A stretch of DNA of 64,000 nt, taken from assembly GCA_002269645.1 (NCBI GenBank), contig NIVC01000512.1, forward strand, positions 296,753 to 360,752. The letters are read 5' to 3'. The notes beneath the pieces are model-generated. The model was not told the DNA's origin and searched no databases. It saw only the letters and a program-made list of their open reading frames with translations. How positions within the stretch are numbered: the first letter of the stretch is position 1; each line of letters starts with the position of its first letter. Made by a program: the position numbers and the translations under genes. The stretch is from Macrostomum lignano (taxonomy: Eukaryota). Positions 34,101 through 46,758 of the stretch are shown piece by piece.

Positions 34101-35583
34101 TGACAAACTCCAACCGACTCTGACAAACTTCAAACGACTCTGACAAACTCCAACCGACTCTGACAAACTCCAACCGACTCTGACAAACTCCAACCGACTC
34201 TGACAAACTCCAACCGACTCTGACAAACTCCAACCGACTTTTACAAACTTCAACCGACTCTGACAAACTCCAACCGACTCTGACAAACTCCAACCGACTC
34301 TGACAAACTCCAACCGAATCTGAAAAACTCCAACCGACTCTGACAAACTCCAACCGACTCTGACAAACTCCAACCAACTCTGACAAACTCCAACCGACTC
34401 TGACAAACTCCAACCGACTCTGACAAACTCCAACCGACTCTGACTAACTCCAACCAACTCCAACACGCTTTAATTAGTTCCAGCTAACTACGATCTACAA
34501 CCAACATCAACTGACTCCAACCAACTCCAAAAAACTCTAAAAATCTCCTACGGACTCCAACAGGCTCCAACCAACTCCAACAGGCTCCTACCAACTCCAA
34601 CAGGCTCCAACCAACTCCAACGGGCTAATACCAACTCCAACGGGCTAATACCAACTCCAACAGGCTCCAACCAACTCCAACGGGCTAATACCAACTCCAA
34701 CGGGCTAATACCAACTCCAACAGGCTCCAACCAACTCCAACAGGCTCCTACCAACTCCAACGGGCTAATACCAACTCCAACAGGCTAATACCAACTCCAA
34801 CAGGCTCCAACCAACTCCAACGGGCTCCAACCAACTCCAACGGGCTAATACCAACTCCAACAGGCTCCAACCAACTCCAACGGGCTAATACCAACTCCAA
34901 CGGGCTAATACCAACTCCAAAAGGCTCCTACCAACTCCAACAGGCTCCTTACCAACTCCAACGGGCTAATACCAACTCCAACGGGCTAATACCAACTCCA
35001 ACGGGCTCCAACCAACTCCAACGGGCTAATACCAACTCCAACAGGCTCCAACCAACTCCAACGGGCTAATACCAACTCCAACAGGCTAATACCAACTCCA
35101 ACAGGCTAATACCAACTCCAACAGGCTCCTACCAACTCCAACAGGCTCCTACCAACTCCAACGGGCTAATACCAACTCCAACAGGCTAATACCAACTCCA
35201 ACAGGCTCCTACCAACTCCAACGGGCTAATACCAACTCCAACAGGCTAATACCAACTCCAACAGGCTCCTACCAACTCCAACAGGCTAATACCAGCTCCA
35301 ACCCTTCTCAAACAACATTTGCAGCTCGGAGATCTTAGCCTGGCAGGGTCTTCGCCAGGCCCAGCGAGAAGCGAACATCTTCAGCCAGGACTGCGAGGGC
35401 TTCACCAACCGGGATCCCATGAAGCTTGGCTACGCGACCGACCTACTCAGCGGCCAGCTGTTCCAGTCCCGAGAGATCACCTGCGACGCTAGCCAGGTGG
35501 TCCTGTGCATCGAAGCCTTCGACGAGAATGCCGTCATCACCGACCCCGCTGATTACAGGCGGCGGCGAAGGCGGCGAAGGTGA
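28121..35583 (+). CDS. Short multiplexin (collagen XV/XVIII-like), ~542 aa; exons 28121-28337, 29235-29407, 29722-29784, 29857-29928, 30007-30042, 31252-31506, 32041-32184, 32395-32469, 33222-33437, 33524-33642, 35325-35583
   Basis: Gly-X-Y segments, a trimerization-like domain (RVIATYQAF...EEGTLVFTKDEKILYLK) and an endostatin domain (LRLVAL...GADYAC...VPVVNL...AWQG...C...VVLCIE). All GT-AG junctions are phase-compatible. The start codon is uncertain. Confidence 0.85.
28610..29100. repeat. 30-bp minisatellite (cccagtaagcctcgacatctcagcaattcc) in multiplexin intron 1
   Basis: Direct inspection. Confidence 0.95.
30330..30995. repeat. 16-19-bp minisatellite (gtgaagtttcgagctt) in multiplexin intron 5
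   Basis: Direct inspection. The same family occurs inverted at 57905-58318. Confidence 0.95.
31690..31945. repeat. ~62-bp tandem repeat, about 4 copies, multiplexin intron 6
   Basis: ctcgagaatccacctcgctccgactagccccaatgtac... repeated. Confidence 0.8.
32670..32960. repeat. ~34-bp degenerate tandem repeat, multiplexin intron 8
   Basis: ttacaatagtagacacattatgacattaggcact repeated. Confidence 0.8.
33715..35300. repeat. Two adjacent 20-bp arrays (ctgacaaactccaaccgact; ctaataccaactccaacggg-type) in multiplexin intron 10
   Basis: Direct inspection. Both share an aactccaac core. Confidence 0.95.
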
Positions 35584-36439
35584 CTGCGTTGAGAGTTCTC
35601 CGACGGAAAAGGGTTTTTTTCACAAATTCAGCATCTGATTGGGGGCTTCTATAACGGTTTGCCACCGTTTATTAATTAGCACTGATTGCGCTGATTCTGC
35701 CGTTGTCTCAACATGAAATCAAGTCATTCGTTTGTGCGCCCGCAGCCTGTCAAATGCCTGTTTTTTGTCTGAATTTTATTCGCTTTGCTATCATTTCTTG
35801 TCCACATGCGTTTATCAAGTAATCCCTTTCATTTTTTTCTTTTGTCAGCAAATTTAGGTTTTTTTGCGAGGCTTACGGGACAAAAAGCAATCGAACCAAC
35901 TAGAGAATACCGGTCCACGCTTAATCCTCTGAATATTGCAAAATTTCATCATCGATTTGATGAAGCAGTTTGATCACTGGAATTTATAGTCAAGTTTTTG
36001 CTTATAATCATATTTTTTAATTAGCTCTGCTCCTAAAAATGAATGCTTAAATTGCTTATTCTAGTGCACATTGGTAGCCAGTACATGTACTTTAGCGCGG
36101 CGAATTTTACTTTCGCAATTTAGAGGCATAAAATGCTACGGATTAGAAGCCTAGCTTTAGTGACCAAAAGCACAACATAAGCTCGCATACTGAACTAGGC
36201 AATATCCAGTCTGGTGCGTTGTCTTGCACCTAATTGATCATTGATCATTTCAAATCGATTTTGTAAGCCTTTTAAATGTACCAATAAAATAAATTTATCG
36301 ATATTTGAATCCCTTCTTAAAGGCCATTATTTCTAACTAAACATTTTAGACAAAAAACTAGAGTCTCGTAGAATATTCCGCGAACGTAAATTAACTTTTA
36401 ATAATTTTCAATTAATGTGAACCACATTAAAATCCCCCT

Positions 36440-36625
36440 CGGCCCTCGCCTAGCCCACTTAGACACCCACCTCACCCCCGCCTAGCCCACTTAGACACCC
36501 ACCTCACGCCCTCGCCTAGGCCACTAAGACGCCCACTTCACTTTCCCGCCTAGCCCACATAGACACCCACCTCACTCCCTCGCCTAGCCTACATAGACAC
36601 CCACCTCACGCCCTCGCCTAGCCAT
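36440..36625. repeat. ~36-bp tandem repeat, about 5 copies
   Basis: cctcgcctagcccacttagacacccacctcac repeated. Confidence 0.8.
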
Positions 36626-37368
36626 CTGAAGCAACCGGCTCTCCCTCCCTGTTTAGTTCTCCTCTCCCTACCTGCCTCCCTTGCCTTGCCCAGACTAGCG
36701 ATTCAAGAAAAATGAAATTTAAAATTACACCGCAGGCACCGAAAAGTCGGAACAAACTTTGGCTAATTGAATACGCAGACAAATACTATCGAATGTTTGT
36801 CGAAGTTTACTTTTCTGACGGGGTATACAGTTTTAGTTGCATCATTCAAATAGCATTGTTTTTTCGTTCAATCCGGACAACACATAAGAAAAACAGGTCG
36901 CGTATGTTATCATTGGTAAATCTTCGTAATGCTCAGACAAAAGGGATGGGGGCTACAGTGTGGTCGCTTGTGTGTAGTTTTGCATTAATTCGGTCACGCG
37001 CTGTTCCAGGGAATGTGGAAGAAACAGCGCGACCAACTGCGAACGGCAGATGGGTGAATGATCGCTAGCGTAAAGTCCATAGCAATGCAGCGATTGATTT
37101 ATGACCTTCGAATCATCGCGCTAAGAAGTTTGTCAAAAAATCGCGGGCTGCATCGAAAACGGTTCTGGTTGATGAGCGTAATGGGAAATGGTGTTTCGCA
37201 ATTCGTTATCGCAACCGACGACGGGTGACGACAGTAAAAAGACTAGGGGGGGGGGCGACTGCTGAGGGAAAATCCTCTCGGCCAGCCGATTCGGTGCTCC
37301 AGATCACACAGTTGTGAATTGATGCTCCGAAATTTTAACAACTAAAGCAAGAGTTGGTCCTGCCGCGG

Positions 37369-40300
37369 TCAGGCCTTGCTCCCTCCGCCACCGCTGCTGC
37401 CGCCGCCGTCGCCGTTACCGCCGCCCTCCGAGTCTGTGACCAGCAATTTGTAGAATTGCGAATTGAGAAACCTCGGATAGGAGTCCCGGTGCATCAGGGT
37501 GAAGATTTGCACCTGGGCGTCGTCGAATGTGTGCGCGGTCGGCTCCACCATGTTCTTGTTGATAATCTCTCGGACTCGAGCGTCCAGGCTCACCTGGGAT
37601 GAGAAAATTGAAATTAGGATAAAAGCTTTTTAGAAATATGTATTTAGATAAACAGCGCACTGTGCTTTTGAGGGGGTCATGTGCACACAGTTGGTAAAGA
37701 ACAGCAAGCAGTACACATGACAGAGTACACAGACCACAGCACACAGAGTACCAAAATGACCAGATCACAGTACATAGAGAACAGCACACAGACCACAGCA
37801 CACAGACCACAGCACACAGACCACAGCACACAGACCACAGCACACAGACCACAGCACACAGAACACAGCACACAGACCACAGCACACAGACCACAGCACA
37901 CAGAACACAGCACACAGAACACAGCACACAGACCACAGTACACTGAGAACAGCACACAGACCACAGCACACCCAGAACAGCACACAGACCACAGCACACC
38001 GAGAACAGCACACAGACCACAGCACACTGAGAACAGCACACAGACCACAGCACACAGACCACAGCACACAGACCACAGCACACCGAGAACAGCACACCGA
38101 GAACAGCACACAGACCACAGCACACAGACCACAGCACACAGACCACAGCACACAGATAACAGCACACAGACCACAGCACACAGACCACAGCACACAGACC
38201 ACAGCACACAGACCACAGCACACAGACCACAGCACACAGACCACAGCACACAGACCACAGCACACAGACCACAGCACACAGACCACAGCACACAGACCAC
38301 AGCACACAGATAACAGCACACAGACCACAGCACACCGAGAACAGCACACAGACCACAGCACACAGACCACAGCACACAGACCACAGCACACAGACCACAG
38401 CACACAGACCACAGCACACAGACCACAGCACACAGACCACAGCACACAGACCACAGAACACAGACCACAGCACACCGAGAACAGCACACAGACCAAAGCA
38501 CACAGACCACAGCACACAGACCACAGCACACAGACAACAGCACACAGATAACAGCACACAGACCACAGCACACAGACCACAGCACACAGACCACAGCACA
38601 CAGACCACAGCACACAGACCACAGCAAACAGAACACAGCACACAGACCACAGCACACAGACCACAGCACACAGAACACAGCACACAGATAACAGCACACA
38701 GACCACAGTACACTGAGAACAGCACACAGACCACAGCACACCCAGAACAGCACACAGACCACAGCACACCGAGAACAGCACACAGACCACAGCACACTGA
38801 GAACAGCACACAGACCACAGCACACAGACCACAGCACACAGACCACAGCACACCGAGAACAGCACACCGAGAACAGCACACAGACCACAGCACACAGATA
38901 ACAGCACACAGACCACAGCACACAGACCACAGCACACAGACCACAGCACACAGATAACAGCACACAGACCACAGCACACCGAGAACAGCACACAGACCAC
39001 AGCACACAGACCACAGCACACAGACCACAGCACACAGACCACAGCACACAGACCACAGCACACAGACCACAGCACACAGAACACAGCACACAGACCACAG
39101 CACACAGACCACAGCACACCGAGAACAGCACACAGACCACAGCACACTGAGAACAGCACACAGACCACAGCACACAGACCACAGCACACAGATAACAGCA
39201 CACAGACCACAGCACACAGACCACAGCACACAGACCACAGCACACTGAGAACAGCACACAGACCACAGCACACAGACCACAGCACACAGATAACAGCACA
39301 CAGACCACAGCACACAGACCACAGCACACAGATAACAGCACACCGAGAACAGCACACAGACCACAGCACACAGATAACAGCACACAGACCACAGCACACA
39401 GACCACAGCACACAGACCACAGCACACAGAACACAGCACACAGATAACAGCACACAGACCACAGCACACCGAGAACAGCACACAGACCACAGCACACAGA
39501 CCATAGTTGGTCAGTTCACAGCACACAGACCACAGCACACAGACCATAGTTGGTCAGTTCACAGCACACAGACCACAGCACACAGACCATAGTTGATCAG
39601 TTCACAGCACACAGACCACAGCACACAGACCATAGTTGGTCAGTTCACAGCACACAGACCACAGCACACAGACCATAGTTGGTCAGTTCACAGCACACAG
39701 ACCACAGCGCACAGACCATAGTTGGTCAGTTCACAGCACACAGACCACAGCACACAGACCATAGTTGGTCAGTTCACAGCACACAGACCACAGCACACAG
39801 ACCATAGTTGGTCAGTTCACAGCACACAGACCACAGTTGGTCAGTTCACAGCACACAGACCATAGTTGCTCAGTTCACAGCACACAGACCATAGTTGGTC
39901 AGTTCACAGCACAATACTCATACACTAAGTCCGTCAAAAACTACGCAGCGCACAGTACAAGCACAAAGCACACAGAAAGCATCCTCCACGGTATAGCGAG
40001 AGCAAATGTAAAATATGAGCTACAAGCAGAATACATCCAATATGCTTTAAAGAACCATGCGCTTTCTCACCTCCTTTGGGCTCAGAATGGAGATGTAATC
40101 CTCATAGATCACTCTGGCTCTCTCCTCGACTGCCTCTGGTGTGACTTCCTTCTTGAGATCCTCGCAGGCAAGCCAGAACAGAATGTTTTCTTCGCTGTAC
40201 TCAGATTTGAGGAACTCTCTGAATGCTTTGCGCCCATCTGGAAAAGCGAAATGACAAAACTCTTTAGAATGAGCTGTTCACGTGGGGCTGTCTGGACGGA

Positions 40301-40813
40301 ACTGGTTACATGGGACTGGTTAAATGGGACTGGTTACATGAGACTGGTTACATGGGACTGGTTACATGGGACTGGTTACATGGGACTGGTTACATGGGAC
40401 TGTTTACATGGGACTGGTTACATGGGACATTGTGGACTGTCTGGATGGGACTGTCTCAACGAGACTGTCGGGACATTGCAATCAAATAGGGAGATAGCAG
40501 TCTGCTGGCAACCATGTAGGCTCAACTCACTCGGACTCTGCATCAGCTTTTCGAACGACTCGCCCCAGACCTTGGCCTCGTCCTTTGAGATGCTGAAATG
40601 CGACAGGAAGTGCCTGAGCTGCGGGCTCATGTGCTGCCGCTTGCCTGACATGTCCTGGCCAGGCTCTCGGCTTCCCAGTCCTCTCTCTCTGTCCCTATTC
40701 ACTCTTATCTGCGCTTTGCCTGGAACTTGACGGCACCCAACAATGGGACTGACTTATAGCTGGGGCCTGTGGAAGGCGATTTCAACGTTTCTCCCGAGAG
40801 AAAACTACAATAT

Positions 40814-40852
<39 letters not shown>

Positions 40853-43800
40853 GGCTGCGGGCACTGCGAGCGGGAAACTTGAAAGGAAGCCAACCTTCCT
40901 TCGATTTCCCGTTTTGGAAAGCCGATAGAAAAAGCCGGGGAAAGAGAGGCTGGTGGTGGAGATGGAGGCAGAGGGAGAGAAATGATGAAGTTTGCCTGGC
41001 GACTGGCTGGGATATTGGGGATTGAGATGATGCTGGGGGGGGGTTGCAGGCCGTTGCTCGACCACAGGCCGCCTGGGTTTGAAACATTACGGTTGCCGGG
41101 GGGGGGGGGCAGAGAGGGGACAGAGGGCGGGGGGCGGCTTAATCACTGCTATTACCCGCCCGGGGGGTGCCACCAACTGAACTGGGCTGCAGTGGGGGGG
41201 GGCGTGAGGGCAATCCGGCCAGTTTGATCCTCCCCCCCCTGTCTGCAACCCTTTTGCTTCTGGCTGATAGAGAGCCAGAATTATGCGATATTAATAATAA
41301 CCTAATTATGCAAGCCCTTCTATTTTTACCGAAAAATTATTCTGGCAAGTCGGTTCAGCCTCTATATTGGGACTGGATGGTTGCTATTGTAAACAATCAG
41401 GCATTCCAGTTGAGAGGGAGACAGTGTCAGTTACTGCTCTTTGGAAACGGTCGCGTTTGATGAAAGAAGCGTTGTACTACAACTGAATAAGGTGTCATCA
41501 AGGCCTCTGGCCTGCGTATGATTGATTTTCCAGCTTAAACCGATTTTCAGCACTACAGGCTTGATGATTAGCAACGTGGGATAGAGGGGAAGTGAGATGA
41601 GATAAAGGGGAAGTGAGGTGTGATGAAGGGGAAGTGAGATGAGATAGAGGGGAAGAAGGAAGGGATGAAGGGAAAGTCAGATGAGATAAAAGGGAAGGAA
41701 GGAATACAGGGGAAGGAGGAAGTGATGGAGGGCAAGAAGGAAGGGATAGAAGGGAAGGAGGAAGGGATAGAGGGGAAGGAGGAAGGGATAGAGGGCAAGA
41801 ACGAAGGGATAGAGGGGGAGAAGGAAGGGATAGAGGGGAAGAAGGAAGGGATAGAGGGGGAGAAGGAAGGGATAGAGGGGGAGAAGGAAGGGTTGGAGGG
41901 GGAGGAAGGAAGGGATAGAGGGCAAGAAGGAAGGGATAGAGGGGAAGAAGGAAGGGATAGAGGGGAAGGAGGAAGGGATAGAGGGGAAAAGGAAGGGATA
42001 GAGGGGAAGGAGGAAGGGATAGAGGGCAAGAACGAAGGGATAGAGGGGAAGAAGGAAGGGATAGAGGGGGAGAAGGAAGGGATAGAGGGGAGAAGGAAGG
42101 GATAGAGGGGGAGAAGGAAGGGATAGAGGGGAAGAAGGAAGGGATAGAGGGGAGAAGGAAGGAATAGAGGGGAAGGAGGAAGGGATAGAGGGCAAGAAGG
42201 AAGGGATAGAAGGGGAAGGAGGAAGGGATAGAGGGGAAGGAGGAAGGGATAGAGGGCAAGAAGGAAGGGATAGAGGGGAAGAAGGAAGGGATAGAGGGGA
42301 AGGAGGAAGGGATAGAGGGCAAGAAGGAAGGGATAGAGGGGAAGAAGGAAGGGATAGAGGGGAAGGAGGAAGGGATAGAGGGGAGAAGGAAGGGATAGAG
42401 GGGAAGGAGGAAGGGATAGAGGGAAAGAAGGAAGGGATAGAGGGGTATAAGGAAGGGATAGAGGGGGAGAAGGAAGGGGTGGAGGGGGAAAGAAGGAATA
42501 GAGGGGAAGAAGGAAGGGATAGAGGGGGAGAAGGAAGGGTTGGAGGGGGGAGGAAGGAATAGAGGGGAAGAAGGAAGGGTTGGAGGGGGGAGGAAGGAAT
42601 AGAGGGGAAGAAGGAAGGGGTGGAGGGGGGAGGAAGGAATAGAGGGGAAGAAGGAAGGGGTGGAGGGGGAGGAAGGAATAGAGGGGAAGAAGGAAGGGGT
42701 GGAGGGGAGAAGGAAGGGGTGGAGGGGGAGGAAGGAATAGAGGGGAAGAAGGAAGGGGTGGATGGGGAAGGAAGGAATAGAGGGGAAGAAGGAAGGGATA
42801 GAGGGGAAGAAGGAAGGGATAGAGGGCAAGAAGGAAGGGATAGAAGGGAAGAAGGAAGGGATAGAGGGCAAGAAGGAAGGGATAGAGGGGAAGAAGGAAG
42901 GGATAGAGGGCAAGAAGGAAGGGATAGAAGGGAAGAAGGAAGGGATAGAGGGCAAGAAGGAAGGGATAGAGGGGAAGAAGGAAGGGATAGAGGGGAGAAG
43001 GAAGGGATAGAGGGGAAGAAGGAAGGGATATGGGGAGAGGGGACGGTGAGATACATCGGAAGAAGAAAAACCCGAAGTGAAGGCAACGGAAAGCAAGAGA
43101 AATGCATTCGAAGGGTTGCGAGAGTAGACAGGGAAGAATGAGGTAGACTGAGAGGAGAGGCATGGAGAAATCCTAGAGATGGAAGAGTACACCAGGAGGG
43201 GGCGGACTAGATGAACACCAGTTTCTTAGCGCTAAGCCATGCGAGCGTCAGGTGTGCAACGCATTCTTCAGATTACACCGGACACTTTCCATTTGTACAG
43301 GCTAATTAATCTACTCGGTTTTTCCATGTAGGAGCACGAAGAGGGCGGAGTGCCGCCTGCACTTTTGCCTGAGGAGTCCGGGTCAGCCAGAGATTGAGCA
43401 GAGCAGAGAGCGGAGCAGCGATCCCCGGGCATTAATGCGCTGGCCAAAGCTGGCCGAGTGAATAAATTGCTTTTCCCCGCTGTCCTGCTGTGCAAGCCTT
43501 AATAGAATCGGGCCTCGTCTTCTTCTTGTGTGTATTTTTTCTCCCCAACCCCACTCCGTCTCTCGCTCTTCCTCTGGCTATATTTTTCCCAACTCTCCGC
43601 CGGGATTGCGAATTAATCTTATAGGACACGCTCCGTCGTCCCGGGGGCCTTTGCTACTCGGCTCTCCTACGGTAGGGGGGGGGGGCAGGAGGGGAGGCAG
43701 GGGCAGCGCTGCGGGGGCTGTGGCCGAGGGGGTCTCCGCTTGGCGACCGCGGGCCGGGCGCAGGGGAGGAATGGAATTCCTGGTCACGAGCCGGGCCGCA

Positions 43801-43916
43801 CTATAAGTAGGCTGCAGGGCGACTATAGGGCAAGCAAGCAGTTCGAAATCTGCTTCGCCTTCAGTGTTGAAAGCTGCAGCTGGAACCGGATACCAACTGG
43901 GAGAACTGGAGAGACT

Positions 43917-43961
<45 letters not shown>

Positions 43962-46630
43962 GTAGAGAGAGAGAGAGAACAGAGACAGGGTAGAGAGAGA
44001 TGCGAAGAGAGGGGAGAATTTGGGAGAGAGAAAAGAGACTGGTAGGCGGCGCAGAGACTTAAAGAGAGACGGAGAGAGAAGAAACAGGTGGGAGATAGAA
44101 GTAGAGAGAGACGGGAGAGAGAGAAGACACAGGTGAGAGAGAGAAGTAGAGAGAGACGGGAGAGAGAGAAGACACAGGTGGGAGAGAGAAGTAGAGAGAG
44201 ACGGGAGAGAGAGAAGACACATGTGGGAGAGAGAAGAGAGAGACGGGAGAGAGAGAAGACACAGGTGAGAGAGAGAAGTAGAGAGAGACGGGAGAGAGAG
44301 AAGACACAGGTGGGAGAGAGAAGTAGAGAGAGACGGGAGAGAGAGAAGACACAGGTGAGAGAGAGAAGTAGAGAGAGACGGGAGAGAGAGAAGACACAGG
44401 TGGGAGAGAGAGAAGAGAGAGACGGGAGAGAGAGAAGACACAGGTGGGAGAGAGAAGTAGAGAGAGACGGGAGAGAGAGAAGACACAGGTGAGAGAGAGA
44501 AGTAGAGAGAGACGGGAGAGAGAGAAGACACAGGTGAGAGAGAGAAGTAGAGAGAGACGGGAGAGAGAGAAGACACAGGTGAGAGAGAGAAGTAGAGAGA
44601 GACGGGAGAGAGAGAAGACACAGGTGAGAGAGAGAAGTAGAGAGAGACGGGAGAGAGAGAAGACACAGGTGAGAGAGAAGTGGGGAGAGAGAGCGACTGA
44701 GGGAAGAGTCATAGAGGAGAGACGGAGCAATGAAGGGTAATGAGGGCTTGGTTGATAAAAACAATACATTTTATCCTCACTGCAACAGGATTATCCATGC
44801 TTAGTTTAGTTCACGGCTCAGAAAGCCATCAGTCATTCGCTCTCAGTTTGAATAGAAATTCGCTTGTCATCAATCAGGCAGGTACGGGCCATTGAGCTGC
44901 ATCATCCACTTTGAGCAGACCCTCTTCCTGTGCAACCCCCACTACAGTCTTCAAGCGCTTCCAGCGTCGAACTTATTTTTTGCCATTAGCTTCTACCCGA
45001 AATAAGACAACATATTATTTAATGGTAAAAAATCATAATTATCCATGTGTGTTAATGCATTCTATTAATCTGACAGGTAAATTAAGTAGCCTCACCTGTC
45101 AAAGTCTCGCACCGATGGCTCTTTCGGAGGCTGAGTATTGTTGCCAGAGGTTCTGGAGGATTCGTCCTGCCTTCCAGGCTGTGTTGTCAGACTAAAAATG
45201 TAATGCAAGTGATTGGAGACGGGCAAATAAAGTTTTAGCAAGCTTTATTTCATTTTAAAGCAAACTAACTAACTACAACATGGATAACTTCCGGCATGAT
45301 TTTTGGCTAAATATGGATGCAGAATCATCTCTATTCATTTTATATCCTCAATAACTTTCCAGACCGCCATCTCACCCCTCTGATAACACCCACCGCACAC
45401 CCAGCCTGTCCTGCCAAAGCGCCACTCAGCCCTCTGATAACACCCACCCCACACCCAGCCTGTCCTGCCAAAGCGCCACTCAGCCCTCTGATAACACCCA
45501 CCGCACACCCAGCCTGTCCTGCCAAAGCGCCACTCAGCCCTCTGATAACACCCACCCCACACCCAGCCTGTCCTGCCAAAGCGCCACTCAGCCCTCTGAT
45601 AACACCCACCCCACACACAGTCTGTCCTGCCAGAGCGCCACTCAGCCCTCTGATAACACCCACCCCACACCCTGCCTGTCCTGCCAGAGCGCCACTCAGC
45701 CCTCTGATAACACCCACCCCACACACAGTCTGTCCTGCCAGAGCGCCACTCAGCCCTCTGATAACACCCACCCCACACCCTGCCTGTCCTGCCAGAGCGC
45801 CACTCAGCCCTCTGATAACACCCACCCCACACACAGTCTGTCCTGCCAGAGCGCCACTCAGCCCTCTGATAACACCCACCCCACACCCTGCCTGTCCTGC
45901 CAGAGCGCCACTCAGCCCTCTGATAACACCCACCCCACACACAGTCTGTCCTGCCAGAGCGCCACTCAGCCCTCTGATAACACCCACCCCACACCCTGCC
46001 TGTCCTGCCAGAGCGCCACTCAGCCCTCTGATAACACCCACCCCACACACAGTCTGTCCTGCCAGAGCGCCACTCAGCCCTCTGATAACACCCACCCCAC
46101 ACCCTGCCTGTCCTGCCAAAGCGCCACTCAGCCCTCTGATAACACCCACCCCACACCCAGCCTGTCCTGCCAGAATTGCAAAATTTCAAAATAACTGTTT
46201 ACTGACACGACACACACCACATTAATAAAAGATTCTAATGCGAAAGTGAAGACTGTTGAACAATTGCTTATCTGTGATTGTAGGCCGGCGTACGCACTGG
46301 TAGTGGAGTTTAAAACCAAACTACAAGCTAAACAACGAATCAATTCATACTACCGCACTCCGACAACGCTAACCCTCAGATAAAAGCTTCAGATCTCCTA
46401 CAGATAAAAAGAACAATCCGAAAGCTTCATCCCTACCAGGTGCAGCAGCAGCACCAGAACAGGCAGCAGGTGTGACTGTTGGACCCGCCGCTGCCGCCGC
46501 GGCCCCTGCCGGGAAAATCCTTGTCATCATTCCTGTCCTCGTTGCTCTGGTGGCCGCCGCCGCCGCCACCTCCAACCCCGACTCCGCCGCTGCTGCTGTG
46601 GTCGGATGAGGCGTGAGCCAGTCGGCGCAT
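37369..46630 (-). CDS. RZ-family RGS protein (RGS17/19/20-like), ~247 aa; exons 46630-46437, 45191-45096, 40592-40531, 40237-40071, 37593-37369
   Basis: Cysteine string TCCLFWCCCCTC plus RGS box (WGESFEKLM...FREFLKSEYSEENILFWLACE...ISILSPKEVSLDARVRE...MHRDSYPRFLNS). Phases are compatible. The true start may lie further upstream. Confidence 0.9.
37700..39900. repeat. 14-bp satellite (cacacagaccacag) grading into a ~43-bp variant, last RGS intron
   Basis: Direct inspection. Confidence 0.96.
40290..40428. repeat. 14-bp tandem repeat (gggactggttacat) in an RGS intron
   Basis: Direct inspection. Confidence 0.85.
41580..43030. repeat. Polypurine minisatellite (gaagggatagaggggaag-type)
   Basis: Near-pure purine on the plus strand. 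Confidence 0.95.
43920..44680. repeat. (GA)n followed by a ~43-bp purine-rich minisatellite
   Basis: Direct inspection. Confidence 0.93.
45362..46172. repeat. 54-bp minisatellite, ~15 copies, RGS intron
   Basis: An 18-aa periodicity in the spurious ORFs matches the unit length. Confidence 0.95.
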
Positions 46631-46717
46631 TTGCCCGCCGTTGCTTCTGCCCGGAGAGTCGATTTTGCTTGTTGCTTTTTTTGAAGCTGGTTTTGCTGCT
46701 TTTTTTGTCGCTGCTTT

Positions 46718-46758
<41 letters not shown>

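Noticed and set aside
33665-34466. Long repetitive minus-strand ORFs
   Set aside because: A stop-free 20-bp satellite inside multiplexin intron 10.
37415-39547. 580-710-aa Cys/Val-rich ORFs resembling keratin-associated or metallothionein-like proteins
   Set aside because: A 14-bp satellite within the last RGS intron, open in all three frames and bounded by valid splice sites.
41498-46225. Pro/Ser/Leu-rich and Glu/Gly/Arg-rich long ORFs
   Set aside because: Low-complexity intronic arrays of the RGS gene.
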